Positions 1 through 13,844 of a stretch of DNA of 64,000 nt are shown here, one piece after another. The notes below the pieces were generated by a model. It ran no database searches. It was given only the letters and a program-made list of their open reading frames with translations, and was not told where the DNA came from. The position numbers were made by a program, and so were the translations under genes. The DNA is from Nageia nagi (taxonomy: Eukaryota; Plantae; Pinophyta), in contig JBITNC010000002.1 in assembly GCA_050084985.1 (NCBI GenBank), positions 24,366,001 to 24,430,000 of the forward strand, given 5' to 3'. Within the stretch, counting starts at the first letter, position 1, and each line of letters opens with the position of its first letter.

Positions 1-1620
1 GTTTCTTTTCTGCAACAGTATACATTTGTTTTGAAGCACAAGTCTGGTAAGCAAAATAAGGTTGTTGATGCATTGAGTAGGAGAGTCTTGTTACTGACCA
101 CTATGGAAAATCAGGTGGTGGGGTTTGAGCAAATCAAAGAGATGTATGATTTTGATGTAGATTTTGAGAATATTGTGTAGCAATGTAAGAACCCAGTAGA
201 GGGTGAGTCTCATGCAAATTTTGATGAATATTTTCTTCAGAATGGTTACCTATTTACAGGTAATCGATTGTGCATTCCCAATGGCTCTATGCGGGAGAAC
301 ATCTTGAGGGAATTGCATAGTGGAGGTCTGGCTGGTCATTTTGGAGTAGCCAAAACTATGACTCTTATAGCAGAGAAGTATTATTGGCCAAAGATGAAGA
401 GAGATGTGGTTTGATTTGTCTCTCGATGCAGGGTGTGCCAGACAGCTAAGGGCCATGCACAGAATACAGGGCTGTACATGCCACTCCTGATTCCTATAGG
501 CCCTTGGATCGATTTGAGCATGGATTTTGTGCTAGGGCTACCCAAGACCCAACAGGGTAAGGATTCCATTTTTGTTGTGGTGGATAGGTTTTCCAAAATG
601 GCACATTTCCTTCCTTGTCAGAAAACTAATGATGCCACGAAGATTACAATCTTATTTTTTGATGAGGTTGTGCGGTTGCATGGTGTTCCTAAGACTATTA
701 CTTCTGATCGAGGTTCTAAGTTCTTGGGCCATTTTTGGAGGACATTATGGAGGAAGTTGAATACCAAGCTACAGTTCAGTAGTGCCTATCATCCACAGAC
801 CGATGGCCAAACTGAGGTGGTAAACAGAAGCTTGGGAAATCTTTTACGATGCATAGTTGGGGATAAGCCAAAACAGTGGGATCTAGCCTTATCGCAAGCT
901 GAATTTGCATATAATAGCTCTGTGAATCGATCAACAGGTAAATCCCCTTTTCAAATAGTTTATGGTCAAAATCCTAGAGGTGTTTTTGATCTGGTTGAGC
1001 TACCAATGGGAGAACAGGTTAGTGATGAGGCAGAAGCCTTTGCTGAGCATATACACGAAGTGCAAGAATCAGTGAAAGCCAAATTACAAAATAGTAATGC
1101 TCAGTATAAGACAACCGTTGATGCACATAGGAGGGTGAAAGTGTTTAAAGAAGGTGATTTGGTCATGGTACATCTTTGAAAGGAAAGATTTCCTAAAGGG
1201 ACATATAACAAACTGAATCTTAAGAAGATTGGGCCCTGCAAGATTCTGAAGAAAATCAATGATAATGCTTATAGAGTTGAATTGCCTGATGATTTTGATA
1301 TCTCCCCATTTTTTAATGTTTCTGATTTATTTCAGTATTTTGGTAATCTGGAGGATGATGGCTTACACGATACAGTGGATTGGGTTCAACAAATTCCCAA
1401 GAAGAAAAAAGATTATGTAGCCCGTATACTTGATAAGAGGGTTACCACTACACGGCATGGGAACTACAACAGATATTTGGTTCAATGGGAGGGACTACCA
1501 CAATCATCTAATACTTGGGTTTCAGAGTCAGAGTTATAGAAGATTGATAACCAAAAGCTTCAGGAATTTCAATCAATTGAACTCGCAGGAGCTGAGTTCT
1601 TTTTCACCAGAGGAGAATGA
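1..1620 (+). pseudogene. pol (RNase H end/integrase/chromodomain) interrupted by in-frame stops
   Basis: Frame 1 reads continuously except TAG 178-180, TGA 412-414, TGA 1177-1179 and TAG 1537-1539, each explainable as CAG/CGA C>T. Confidence 0.9.
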
Positions 1621-2099
1621 TGCATGCGTTGTCCGGGCCGTCACTCTTGATCCGGATGTCGTTTTGCTCCAAATTTTGGACTGTGGCCTCGTGAAGATTT
1701 TCTAAGTATGGCAGTTCATTAGAACTGCCATACCCAAAAAATGATATTTTTAAGACCTGATTCATCCATATAAGGTCCTAAAAATAGGCTTTTTTAAGAG
1801 CACTTCTGATTTTTAGGCTTTTTTGCATGTTGCGGCTTTAATAACTCTTGTTTTTCTTTTAGTTAAGTGCTGGTGTTTTAGATAATGCTTAATTAGTGTA
1901 AGAGGGATGCGCATGCAAATTTTGGGCGCAATCTGACTCATTTTGGTTTTTTAGCTTTTTTGTTGCTATTTAAAAGGATTGTATTCTCTGGGAGAAGGGG
2001 GGATTCAGGAATAAGAAGAGTATTTGATCCGGATTTATTTTGTATATTCTGTGATTGGATTTCAATTTCTGTTTTCCTTTTATAGTTGAATTCACATCA
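1618..2099 (+). repeat. 3' LTR of the chromovirus (482 bp)
   Basis: Starts TGATG directly after the purine tract AGAGGAGAA (1609-1617) and ends CATCA, a 5-bp terminal inverted repeat. Its 3' part is homologous to 4525-4874. Confidence 0.88.
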
Positions 2100-2807
2100 T
2101 GTCTCTAATATGAACTTTCCTTTGTTGAACATTCTTGTTGTATGCCCTTTGTAACTTTAGATAGGAGAATATAAATTTGCAATATGTAATTCATTCACAT
2201 CCACAAAAAAAAAATGATAGTGTTGAGGTGTAGAAAATAAAAATTTAGATCTACAATAAATAGAGATGAGCAATACGATATGATGTAAATGTTGTTTACA
2301 ACTAGAGAAAGCATACCTAAGATGTGGAGATCTAATCAACTAAGAAGAAGTCCCTATAAGGTAAATATTTTTTAGAAGGTTTGGATCTTTTCTTGGATGG
2401 AATGACAAACAATGACTATCCTTGATAGTATTCAGATGCCCCCTTTTTGTTAGCAACAACAATTGATAGCTATAACATAAGATGAATATGAAAAAATGAA
2501 TATGTCATTGTTATGATATGTTATTTCAATGGTTATATATTTTTTTGATTTGAAGTAGGCCTTTAGAAGAAATAATACCTCAAAACACCTCAACATTCCA
2601 TAGTCCAAATTAGGGCTCTAGATCATTTAAATAATGGATTTAAAGGAGTTGTAGGATTTTAAAAGCTCGAAGGGTGTGTTAGATAACCCATGTTGGTAAA
2701 ACCAAGAAAAACATGTAAATATGTATCATTGTGTGCAAGATGAGCAATGATAATATTGTTGTATATACCTTGTGGTAGTAAAGTGTGGAAGTGAATATTA
2801 ATAAGAT

Positions 2808-2811
<4 letters not shown>

Positions 2812-2856
<45 letters not shown>
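2812..2856. repeat. (GA)n microsatellite
   Basis: Uninterrupted AG/GA dinucleotide run. Confidence 0.99.
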
Positions 2857-2859
<3 letters not shown>

Positions 2860-4008
2860 TAATCATTGCATGTGCTATCATTTATTTTTCAAGTTTAAGA
2901 ATCAAGGTAATTGGTAATATTAATTCTATCTATATAAAAATCATATTTTAGGTGATATTAAAATGATATGATTTAATGTTACTATTTGGGATATATTCTA
3001 GATATTTATCATTAGCCCTAATAATATGTTGTTATCCTATAGATCTTTTTCTTTTATGGTATAAGGTACAAGGTCGATGAAGCAAAGTACAAAGTTGGTC
3101 AATGAAGATGAGTTTCTATAGAAGGAGGATATGCTCAAGATAACTATTAGATTTTGATAATGCGCACATACTACAACTGATGACTTTAATCTCTACCTAT
3201 TAAATCTAAAGTTTGTACCCTATCATTTTTATTTATTTTCATTATTTCATTATTTCATTTTGAAGTTAATTTAACCTTCCTCATAGGACTATCCATAGAT
3301 AAATCATTTTTAGGGATTTACACCATAGTGAATGTTGTGTAGTGGTCACAACCTTAACTTTTTATGTTATGTGGTGATGCACCAAATTTGGGATGCTTTT
3401 GATCTCAAACTTTGGGAGAAGAAGATTGTTTGGTTCATTCTTGAGCCTATTCTATCCTTTATTTCAATATCTAAGTAAGATGACATATTTGTATCTTCAC
3501 TTTAGATTCATATTTGGTTGCTACCAAGGTTTGATCCAATAACTAAGTCATTTTGATATTTTTGATGTATTTTATTTTTATGATCAAGTTATTGTATTCT
3601 TTCTAATTCAATTAATCATAGTAAATAGTTATTTATTTTAATTAATAAATCAAATTTTAGTATCTACAAATTGATGAATTTAATTCATTTTTATAAACCT
3701 TAGGTATCACCCCAAGCAAGTGGGTGGCTTAGGGTTTATTTTAGCCATGAATATTCGATAATAAGCAAATTTTAAAGTTCCTAAAATTGAAATTGGCAAA
3801 TTTTTTCTAGTTACACAAACACCTTTGTTGCCAAATTTTTTTATTTTTAATTTTTTTCTAGCTTGGGTCACCAAGTCAAATCAATATTTTAAATTAAATT
3901 TTAATTTTTTCATTGATATTTGGAAATAATAAATAGCCAACTTCACTTGAAATTATAAATAATTATTTTGTATTTCAACTAAGTCAATATAAATACCTTA
4001 ATCTAAAT

Positions 4009-4935
4009 TTGATACCTACTAGTAGTAGTCTACTATCACCCGATAGCATCCTGCTACCTCCCAGTAGCATCTTGCTACCACCTGGTAGCAGATTCCTACC
4101 TCCTAATAGTAGACTGCCAACACCCAATAGCATATTGCTAGCACCTGGTAGCAAATTGCTACAACTCGGTAGTAGACTACTACCACCCCGTAGCAGTCAC
4201 TTGCTAACAACCACCTGATAGCAAGCTACCTACTACCGCTCAGTAGCATACTACCTACTAGCACTTGGTAGTATACTGCTATTGCTCGATAGCATACTGC
4301 TACCACCCAATAGCAAACTTCTTGCTACTGACCTGCATGATGCACCTTACTGAGGCTATAACTTTTGACCATTTTTCCATTTACCTTGAAATTTAAAAGG
4401 TGGTTCCATGTGTGTGTTATGCATTTGGCTAGTCTCTAATTCATTACACCCTCCAAAAATCAAATTTTCAAGACCTAACTCCATCTAATATCCCATAATT
4501 AGCTTTTGCTTTATGTTCTCAACGTTTTTAGGCTTTTTTGCATGTTAGAACTTAATATCTTTTGTTATACATTAAGTTGAGTCCTAATACTTTAAATTAA
4601 GGTTGATTATTGTAAGAGGGATGCACATGCCAATTTTAGGTGCAATCCGACTCATTTTTATTTTTAGATATTTTTAGAAAAAAATATTTGAAGGGTTACT
4701 TTAAGGTGTCTTTGGTTTTTTTGGTTGCTATATGATGGATTGTATTGTTGTAAAGAAGTAGTGTGAATTCAGTAATGATAAGAGTATTATTTTATAGGTT
4801 TCTTCCATTATATTACATTTATATTATGCGATTAGAGTCCATTTTGTTGGTCTCTTGCAGTTGAATTCACATCATGGTAGTCGACTATTGTCGTCCGGTA
4901 GTAGATTGTTGCCACCCAATAGTAGACTACTATGA
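4009..4935. repeat. Degenerate ~21-bp minisatellite (TGCTACCACCYGGTAGCAGAC-like), split by a solo LTR
   Basis: Recurrent ctacc...gtag units with ~21-bp period at 4009-4335, continuing at 4875-4935. Confidence 0.85.
4338..4874 (+). mobile_element. Solo LTR related to the 1618-2099 LTR
   Basis: TGATG...GTTGAATTCACATCA ends. Shares blocks TTTTTAGGCTTTTTTGCATGTT and TGTAAGAGGGATGC...GACTCATTTT with the 1618-2099 LTR. TSD is degenerate (tgca vs tggta). Confidence 0.82.
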
Positions 4936-6149
4936 AACTCTTTAAATTCATCAAAATAGTCTATGACCTTTTTTTTAGCTTTAAATGCACCTTTGTAATT
5001 TTTACAATTTTTTAAAAATTGCCTTACCTACAAATCTAATTTGCAAAAAAAATTCCAAGTTACTTTTGAGGAAGGGATCTTAAAATGAACCTTGCAATGG
5101 GTGATTTTTACTCCAAAGCAATAGGGTTGCTTATCTCCCCAAGCAAGTGGGTAAGGATGGTCTCCCTCGATTGTCTCGGATTTGTCCTAAGATCATATGA
5201 GAAAATCGTATCTTCTTATTTGATGGATGAGTTGCCATTTTGACTACCTAAAAGTATTTGAAGGTTTTATCAATATCATATAATTACCTATGATCTGTAA
5301 AATTATATTTGACATTTTTTCTCATGGGAGTGCTATAGCTTTTGGGAACATTGTAAGTGTGAAATTGTATGAATAAGATTAATGCAATAAAATTCAATAC
5401 ATAATATCATTTTCATACCTAATGTTTAATAGAATATTTGGCTTGAATTATATAAACCTTATTTTCAATAGAATAGTTGGTTTGAATAACATGGATGTTG
5501 TTATTACAGTATTTGCTGCAAACACACTTTTTGTAATATTTCAAAGTTAATCTTTTAAGATATTGTTAGAACATATAAATATATGAAATATGAGCAAGTG
5601 TAATATGGTATATTGTACCTGTACTTACCAATGTGCTTTGAAATGAGTTGTTTGGAAGTAATTTGCATAGTATTAGCAGTGTTCTTATTAATAATCTCAT
5701 CTTTGATTTCTAACATTTCAATTGTTGGATATGATATCTAACCTTTGAATTCTACTTTTGATATGATGTTATGATGGTTGGCCTAATTTTGATTGATTTT
5801 TCTTATTACCCTTATGATGTTGATGACCTTTATGTAAACCTAGAACAACACTAGAACTATTTCTTTTATTAATAGAGTTAATTTTGTATTAATAAAAAAT
5901 CTAGAATTTTAGGGTACTCCAAAACCTTTACAAAATTATTTCAACTAAGCATTATAATATTTCAGCTAAAATATTACACCATTATCTATTTTGCCTAAGC
6001 TTACATAGTTGCTTCATTATATTAGCCCAAAACATAAAAAATAATATTTATACAAAATAACTAATTTGCAGCTTCAGCTAGATGACTATACTTCATTCAA
6101 ACTAAAATATAGACCGTTATACTTATGAAAAAAACAATATTTGTTTGTT

Positions 6150-8700
6150 ACCATCTATTCAAGATACAATAATAGGGGAATAAAGGAGAATGCATCACTT
6201 CCTTATCAATCTTCAAGTTTCTATCCTAGATCATTTCCCAATTAGAGAATGATGATTTCTTATTCTTTTGGGAAAATAAAGTTCACATGTTTATAGTTAT
6301 CTTTAAAGAACTTATTATGCATTCATCTCTTCTAAATTATCTCTCTAAACTCTAGAGTTTCTCCAATATAGTCAAAGATGGGATTTGGTTGTCCTTTCTG
6401 GAACATCACCTCTACTAACATCTTGTTATGAAGATGGAGTTCTTTAGGCCTATGAGCAAGAATAAACTTGGGTCTCTTACTACTGCTCATCACTATCGAG
6501 AATGGAACTACCTCCACCTTATCCAACTAATCTTCCTTTTCACTCTTGTTACTCTACTTCTCTTCATTTTCCTCCCTTTCAATTCATCTACTCCTTAAGT
6601 GATAAGCTTCAAGGGGTACAATACTATCTAAGTCAATGGTTTGAGCATCAATTTCCTTGTTGTAATCAATATCTTTATTTGACCCTTTTGATTTCTTTCC
6701 TTACATCCCCATCTATGCAATTTTTTTTAACTTTTTCCTTCCTTACATTCTCTATTACCTTCTCTTCTTTATTTTTTGTCTTATGTATAGTTTTAAGAAC
6801 ATCTGGTGTATCTAATGCAAACCACTTCAAAAAATTTTCCCTTTTCCTCTTAGGGAGATCTTTCTCTGTGCCTCATTTCCTATGTGTTGTGCTTCATTCT
6901 ACTTTTCTATGGTAACAAGGTCAAATTTGATGTGTATTGCATTCCTTGTGTCCATTTTAGCTAGTGTGTCTTGTCTTATTTTAGAGTTGGTGATTTTGCA
7001 TAAATTCTTATGTTCTCTTATATTTTCTCCTTATTCTTATTGAAATTGATTGCTCTCCTTCCCCTACTGTCTTTCTACTTGTTGCATCATATATCTAGAA
7101 TGATTATCCTTCATAACAAATTTGCGATTACTTGTAGATATTTATTTAATATGGATATTGAATTTTACTTTTAAGATTCACCTAATTGGTCATACATTAT
7201 TCATGAAAAATAATTAATCATAGGGCTATTCATTAATTACTTTAATAGAATCATCTTTATAAAAACTTAGATGGTTGCAGTTGATTCTCATCTTAACTTC
7301 TATTTCATCTCAATCGTTAGTTTTAAGTTCCTTTAATACTTCCTTTAGCTCAATAGAAACTCATACTAAATGATTGATAAGAGATAAATTATTTAAGTTT
7401 TCAATGAATCTTTCCCATTGACTAATTTATGAAAGAATTTAAAGATAATATCAAATGAATGATTTAGATTAGTTGATTTAATCACTTTGGACCATTAATA
7501 TCTATTAATAATCTTCATACCTTCTTTAATATTTATGGTTGAAGCTATCCCATCTTTTGATCTTGTCCTTTGATCATTTAATTCAATAATTATGATTAAT
7601 CATGGTTGTAGGAGCAATATTTGCTATTGAATCTTTTCTTTTAAATTACCTTTATGTTGAACCATGAAATGGACCTTCAATGATTGTGATGCATCAAAAT
7701 ATTAATTTCATCCTTTAAATCTCTTAAAGGTTAATCCTTCTCTTAGGAATTATTTTTATGTAGGTTGGCATATGTGGATGGTTAACATCTATTATTGGAT
7801 TTTTAGCTTCTAGACTAATTCTCTTTCAATCCTCTAGATGGTTATGATTCATTTAGAGATTAATTTTCATTGTTAGATTTCTAATCTTTGATTTTTTTCC
7901 TTTAATTTTATTTTAATGAAAAATATTTACTAATGAGTTAATATCTACCCAAGATGTGAAGATCCTTTGAATAATCCCTTTAGAAATTTAAATAATTGAG
8001 ATTTGTTAGAGGATCAAGAACTATCATCAAATCTTCCTTCAATGAACTCTCAAACTCTTCCTAGCTAAAGAAATTAGAAGGGCAATATTTATTTATGAAT
8101 TAATAACTATCATATGTTTCCTTTAAAAGTATTGGATTTTTATGATCTTGATTAATATATTTGACTATTGAGATTCATTGATGAGTTAAGATATATAACT
8201 AGATGTCCAACCTTAGGAAATCTTCTTTGAGGGTCCATTAGCTAATTGATGATAATCTTAAAATGAATCTAAATCATATACCTTACCATTCTATATTATC
8301 TTGTATTTCTTTTAAAATATTGTGTAGCTCATAACACATCAACAACATACAAGCATCCTTTATTAAATATACTCTATTTGTAATTTTGAAACGATGACAC
8401 AATCTTTGATGATTTATCGATAGAGGATTAAAATTATTCAATCTTATATCATTGATTTTCATCAACTGCTCCCTTTTCACCTTAAAGTTTTATCAATATG
8501 TTTTACCAATAAAATCTTTGAAAAAATTATCTTTCTCAATTCACACATATTGAAAGATCCAACAAATCAAAGAAAAGAATGAAGAATATTGAACATTAGC
8601 TAAAAGAGTTTGAACAAAAATATAATAATATAATTAGATGACCTATATTTATTTGAGACTTCATCTTAGACCATTCATTGTTAATTATTGGTAACAACTT
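6150..8700. mobile_element. Highly degenerate retroelement-derived sequence (possibly LINE 3' region)
   Basis: Stop-riddled, CpG-free sequence with weak by-eye resemblance to 14618-15815 and 60778-61039. No clean catalytic motif. Confidence 0.3.
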
Positions 8701-8750
8701 AATGTATGTGGTTAACTCAATATTTTTTTAAAGATTTCTCATGTTATGGT

Positions 8751-9365
8751 TGTAGTCACCTAAATATGATTTCTATTTAGTATAAAATCATATTTTAGGT
8801 ATCAAAAGCATAAATTGTAAAAGGGTGTTGAAAGTGTCAAAAGAAACATCATAATCAATGTAATTGGTGTTAATACCAAGGAAAAGATCACAAGCTATGT
8901 AATTCATGTAAATCTCAAGAAGCAAGGTGCTCAACTATAAAACAAGATTAAGAGCAAAGGCTTTCCTATCAAATAATCATATATCATATATAGATCAACT
9001 TATGATTATTCCATCATTTGAATAACAATGATGTTTTGTAACACCACATGTCTGAGGATCTATTGTCTTTTCTTTGCATTAAAAATATATTACTTGGGTT
9101 CATTTTCATTCTCATTAGGTTTAGAGGTATCGAAATTATGTAAGGGATAATCATAAGACATGCACACCATGATTCTTTGATCCATAGAGCCTTAGATCTC
9201 GAAAGCGACTCCATCTCATGCGAAGTAGCTTAAATCTGACAAAGAGAGTATCTGATCCCATTTGGTAACTATAAATATTTTTATATTTATCTTCATAATA
9301 TCTCAATTAGTAGTCTATAGTGCAATAATATTTTATCTTACCACAATTCATTATTTGGCAACTAC
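8751..9365 (+). mobile_element. Solo LTR of the Tat/Ogre-like family (terminal A displaced to 14617 by a later insertion)
   Basis: Starts TGTAGTCACCTAAATATGATT. Colinear with the reverse complement of LTR 43714-44346 (e.g. CAATGTAATTGGTG, ATCTCAAGAAGCA). Ends TTATTTGGCAACTAC|A. Confidence 0.78.
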
Positions 9366-10107
9366 TATAGATGTCTAAAAATGATTTATTATTTACTTAA
9401 TAAATCATATTTAGACTTCCTAAATGACTTAATGCTATATTACATATGTTAAGATAAAGTTAATATTATAATGCAATACCATGTATTATATTAAATGCTA
9501 TATCATTTATCATGGTTTATATTTTAAAGTATCTTGAATATAACAAAGTTTATATTATTGCTAGAGATCAACCTTCACTCCTTTTTATGTCCTTGTAGGC
9601 TATATATGCAGGTGGAATAGGTTGAGTCCATGTATCAAAACTCTTTGATATGATAAGATCTCTAATAGGTGGTTGGCTTTTGCTATCTTCATCAAGTAAT
9701 AGTGTCTCTTGATGCCACCTATTATGAGAAATTGTTATACTCTAAGCTTTGAAACTTTCTATCTTTCACGCATGGCATAATTTGACATATCCTACGTAGT
9801 TAATGATGTGCTTCTCTTAGGCCATCAACAGTGTGCATCTTCTAGATCAAGGATTTCAAATTTTGGTGGCAAAGTCCATTGATTCATACATGCGAAGATC
9901 CATCACAAGCTCACCTCCAATTCGATCCCAATCCTCTAAAGATTCATTGATATCTAATTTCGAGGATTGTACATACACTCCATATTAGGTGCATGCCTTT
10001 CATGTATATTTATTTTATCTGATATAGTGTACATATCTATTCTTTTTATATTATAAATCATTTTATTTATTATGTATATTCATATTTTACAGAATTTAGA
10101 ATCTACA
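9366..10107 (+). repeat. 5' LTR (742 bp)
   Basis: Aligns end to end with 13845-14611. Confidence 0.92.
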
Positions 10108-10834
10108 TTTTGGTGAACTTGACTGATCCTACAAACCCTAGAATTTTTATTATAGGGTATCTCTTTTTCTAAGGAGTCTTGCATTAGAAACCCTTGGTTT
10201 TGTTTTCTTTTTAGTTGAATTAATTTTCTCCAAATTTAGAAAATTTTATTGCTTTAAAAAAATTATTTTTCTAAAAAACGTCATTGTAGAAAAACCCTAT
10301 TTTTGGAGGTCATTTTATTCAATTTGGTGGGATCTAGCATTAGAAAAATTTATTGAAGCCATAGATAAATATAATTGGAAAATTTTTCTGATTTTTCTAG
10401 GTTTAGATTTGCATATTTTGGTGGATTTTGAGAAATTTTTTTGTAGAAAACATCACATTGAAAAATCATAAAATTTGAAAATATTTTGCAACTATTTGAT
10501 GACTTATTTCATGATAAAAACTTGCCAAAACCATAAGTCATCATAGTAGGTAATTTTTGAGATTAATTTGAGCCTATTGCATGCATTTTTATCAATATTT
10601 CTAGAGATTTTCAAATAAAACATTTTTGCATATAAAACTGAATTTTGAAGGTTATTTTCTTGAATTTTAAAATTTCTAACCTCATAAAACTTGTCCCACA
10701 TCATAGATATACATGTTAGCAACTTATTTTTAATCTTACATGGTGTAAAAGTGCTTATTTTGTCATATTTCTAAAACGTTTTATGCAAAGATCTAGATCT
10801 TGCATTTTAGCATGGATATTACCTCTAAAGTGGT

Positions 10835-11323
10835 TTGCTAGAATATTTGAATATGATAAGTGATTTATTTGTATCTTTTCCTAAACAAAAAATGTCTAAA
10901 GATATGGATGTTGTGCAAAATAAAAATAGAAAATCTTATGATGAAATGAGTTTATCAAATTCATGCTTAACTACTACAAATGATGATGTGCAAAATGATG
11001 TATCAATTATAAAAAATCAAGTGCATGATAATGATGATTATGTGGCTGAAATTGATTATGATTCATATTTAAGACTTGGAGCTATGAATAAATATGAAAT
11101 GTATGATATTGCATTTGAAAATTTGACATCTCAAGATCAACTCAAAAAAATTAAAGAGCATATGTTAGCCAATCCTTCTTTGATGTTAGGCATTTTTATT
11201 GATCTTGATTTAAAGGAAAAATATCATGCATTTCTAAGAAAAGAACTAGATACATTATTAGAAGATCCATATGCAAAGAAATATTGCATGCAAAAATTCA
11301 AGAAAGATGGAATACAAAAGTAA
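10835..11323 (+). pseudogene. 162-codon ORF at the gag position of the non-autonomous element (probable gag N-terminal remnant)
   Basis: ORF track. Located ~730 bp after the PBS on the sense strand. Followed by stop-interrupted Q/K-rich sequence. Confidence 0.4.
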
Positions 11324-13844
11324 CAACATAGTCAAAAACCTCAATCTAAACCTTAAATTCAAACTCAACATCAACAATTAAAGCAAAAATAATGTTGGCA
11401 AAAAGTAATATCTCATGAAACTTTGAAAACACAAGATGCCCACATTGTAGAAAAACCTAAACAAGGTGCTCATGTGTAAAATTTTATCCACCATCGAAGG
11501 TAGAAAATGAAAAATATGATAAGCAAAATATAAGGACAATTTTAGTTCAATTAGATCCAGTTAAGATTTAGTTACAAGAATGTAAAATGCAAAAAGATTG
11601 ACCTTTTAAAAAGTATCAATTTAATATTAACTTCCTTAATATGTTTTTGCAAATGGGAACATTCAACACATTTATTCCATTAGTGTAGCTTGAAATTATT
11701 GATCTTCTTAAGAAAGGAGCAACTAAAGGTAGGGAAAATGCAGTGGACATTGTCAATAAAGAAACGCAATTTCTCACAAAAAATATACTAACTATGGTGG
11801 TGGTTCCACCACCCTCTAGTGTACTATAATTTCTAATCATGTAGGATGCATTTCATATAGGTTGCATATCATGAGTCAGTCCCTTGCATGCATTTGGTTA
11901 CCATAAAAATTTTTATCAAGTTTTTAATCATGCTATCTTCACATATTCATCTTTTTTATTATGTTCTATTTCTTCTTATTTTTTATTTTCATATCATTTC
12001 ATCAAGTCATTTTCTTTCATCAAATATTTTTCTTATCTTTATCTCTCATAAAGGTTCCTAAATTTACCATGTTAATTAAATATCTCATGTATAAGGTAGT
12101 CTTATTTCTAGTCATTGCATCCCATATTAGTTGCATTTCAAAAAAATAAATAAGAGAAATCACGAAAAAGTGAATATAATCTCAAATAGGGGAAATATCA
12201 GTTTCAATTGGGGAAAATATAATTTTTAGTTTGGGGCAATTTCAGTTTTAGCTGGGGGCATGATAGAAATCAGATATAAAAAATTAGAAGGCAAAAATTT
12301 AGAGTTCAAACTTATAAAGTGCAAAATTGCCAATTCTTGGGACATGTAAGTACAAGTAAAGTATATCATATCAAATAGTTTTGATATTGGTTATGTTATG
12401 ATCATGTTTATGATATTCATTGCAAAATCTATTGTACTTGATGAATTAAGACCACTCTTACTTCTTTGAATATCCAGTATGAAAAATAAACATTACATAT
12501 GTTATTTTTTATGACTTTTATTTCAAACTAAATGCATGTTTTACAAATTAAATATGAAAATTCAAAGCCATTGTATTTTTGAAAATTTTGTATAATATAG
12601 CAGTATCGCATTGTATAGACACATGTCAATGGAATATTGAATATATTAATAGTTATTTTTCAATGCCAATTGAATGGACTCTTTCTCCTTAAATGCAATT
12701 CTATCATTCTCATGCTATCAGGGACGTGATTAAAATGAAATTATGGATGCTTTCAAATATCAACAATGTTATCATACTTTTAAAAGTTCAAAATAGTTAA
12801 GGATATCATGATATGGCTTATGCATACACAAAAAGTATATAAGGTCAAAATTTGTAAAAGTTATCGCTCATAAGAGAAATATCATGCTATATGGAGATAT
12901 GATTCTATGATCTTTGTGATTCAAAATATTATTACTTACTTTCAATTGAATATCATTAGAATTTGCAGATCTAATATGACTATTTTTATGCTGTTAACAA
13001 CATGTGTACATTATGAATTCATTGTAAAAGGGGCATGTTACAAAATCTTTGAATATCTATTTGAAAATTCTATTATTTCAAAAATATGCACTGATATGGA
13101 AATGATAAATAAAATTGTAAAAAATATGATTGCCAAAATCTATGAAATTCATCTGTCAACAGCATAGGTTTGCTTTGAAAATCAATAAAATAAAGCAATT
13201 CAATGTGATCAACTGTGTAATGTTGATATGTAAGGCCAATAAATATTTGAATACTTGGTATTTTTATGGGAATTAAATGATATTGTTCAATGTTATGCTA
13301 ACAAATATTTTCAAGGTCATGATCACTCCATGAGCAAAATCTCTTATAAAGTATAGGTTATTCCAAGCTTGATTCATTAAAAAGGTTCTCATCAGCTTAA
13401 TCATGGTTATTCCAAGCTTGGGGCATTAAAAAGAACCTCATCAACTTGATCTTTTCTATATGTCATGGTTAAATAGAACTATGAGTCACATCGGCTATAT
13501 TGACACAATAGATATCATATTTATTTCATCCTTGCTCTTTTAATTGATTATTATTTAATAGGATGTGATCTATGTGGGTATTAAGTTGATTATTCTTAAA
13601 AAGGTATTATTTAGGAGAGTAGGATTCGCATAGAGATGCTCTCCTCATACATGGACTTCAATTTTTGGCTTGATTCTCTGAAGCGGCATGAGTAAGGGGC
13701 AATGCAAGACCAAAAGGGGGTAGACAACATATCAATTGAAAAAGTGAAGTCCACTTTACTATTGAAAATTTTCTTCTCTTCTCTAGACTTCTTTGAATTA
13801 TGCAATTTCAATACTTTTCATTTCATATCCAAAGAGGGGTAAAA

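Larger units (their letters stand above)
1..2099 (+). mobile_element. Ty3/gypsy chromovirus (CRM-like) LTR retrotransposon, 3' part: RNase H tail, integrase, chromodomain, PPT, 3' LTR
   Basis: ORF 433-1179 carries integrase motifs ([37 protein letters not shown]). GPC motif at ~1230. Chromodomain [19 protein letters not shown] in ORF 1282-1539. Purine tract then LTR. Confidence 0.96.

Noticed and set aside
4009-4218. Proline/leucine repeat ORF (LLPPxS) resembling an extensin
   Set aside because: It is the translation of the 21-bp minisatellite, with a non-ATG start and no signal peptide.
10693-10703. GTCCCACATCA, close to the plant snRNA USE
   Set aside because: Inside a retroelement leader, with no correctly spaced TATA and no snRNA downstream.
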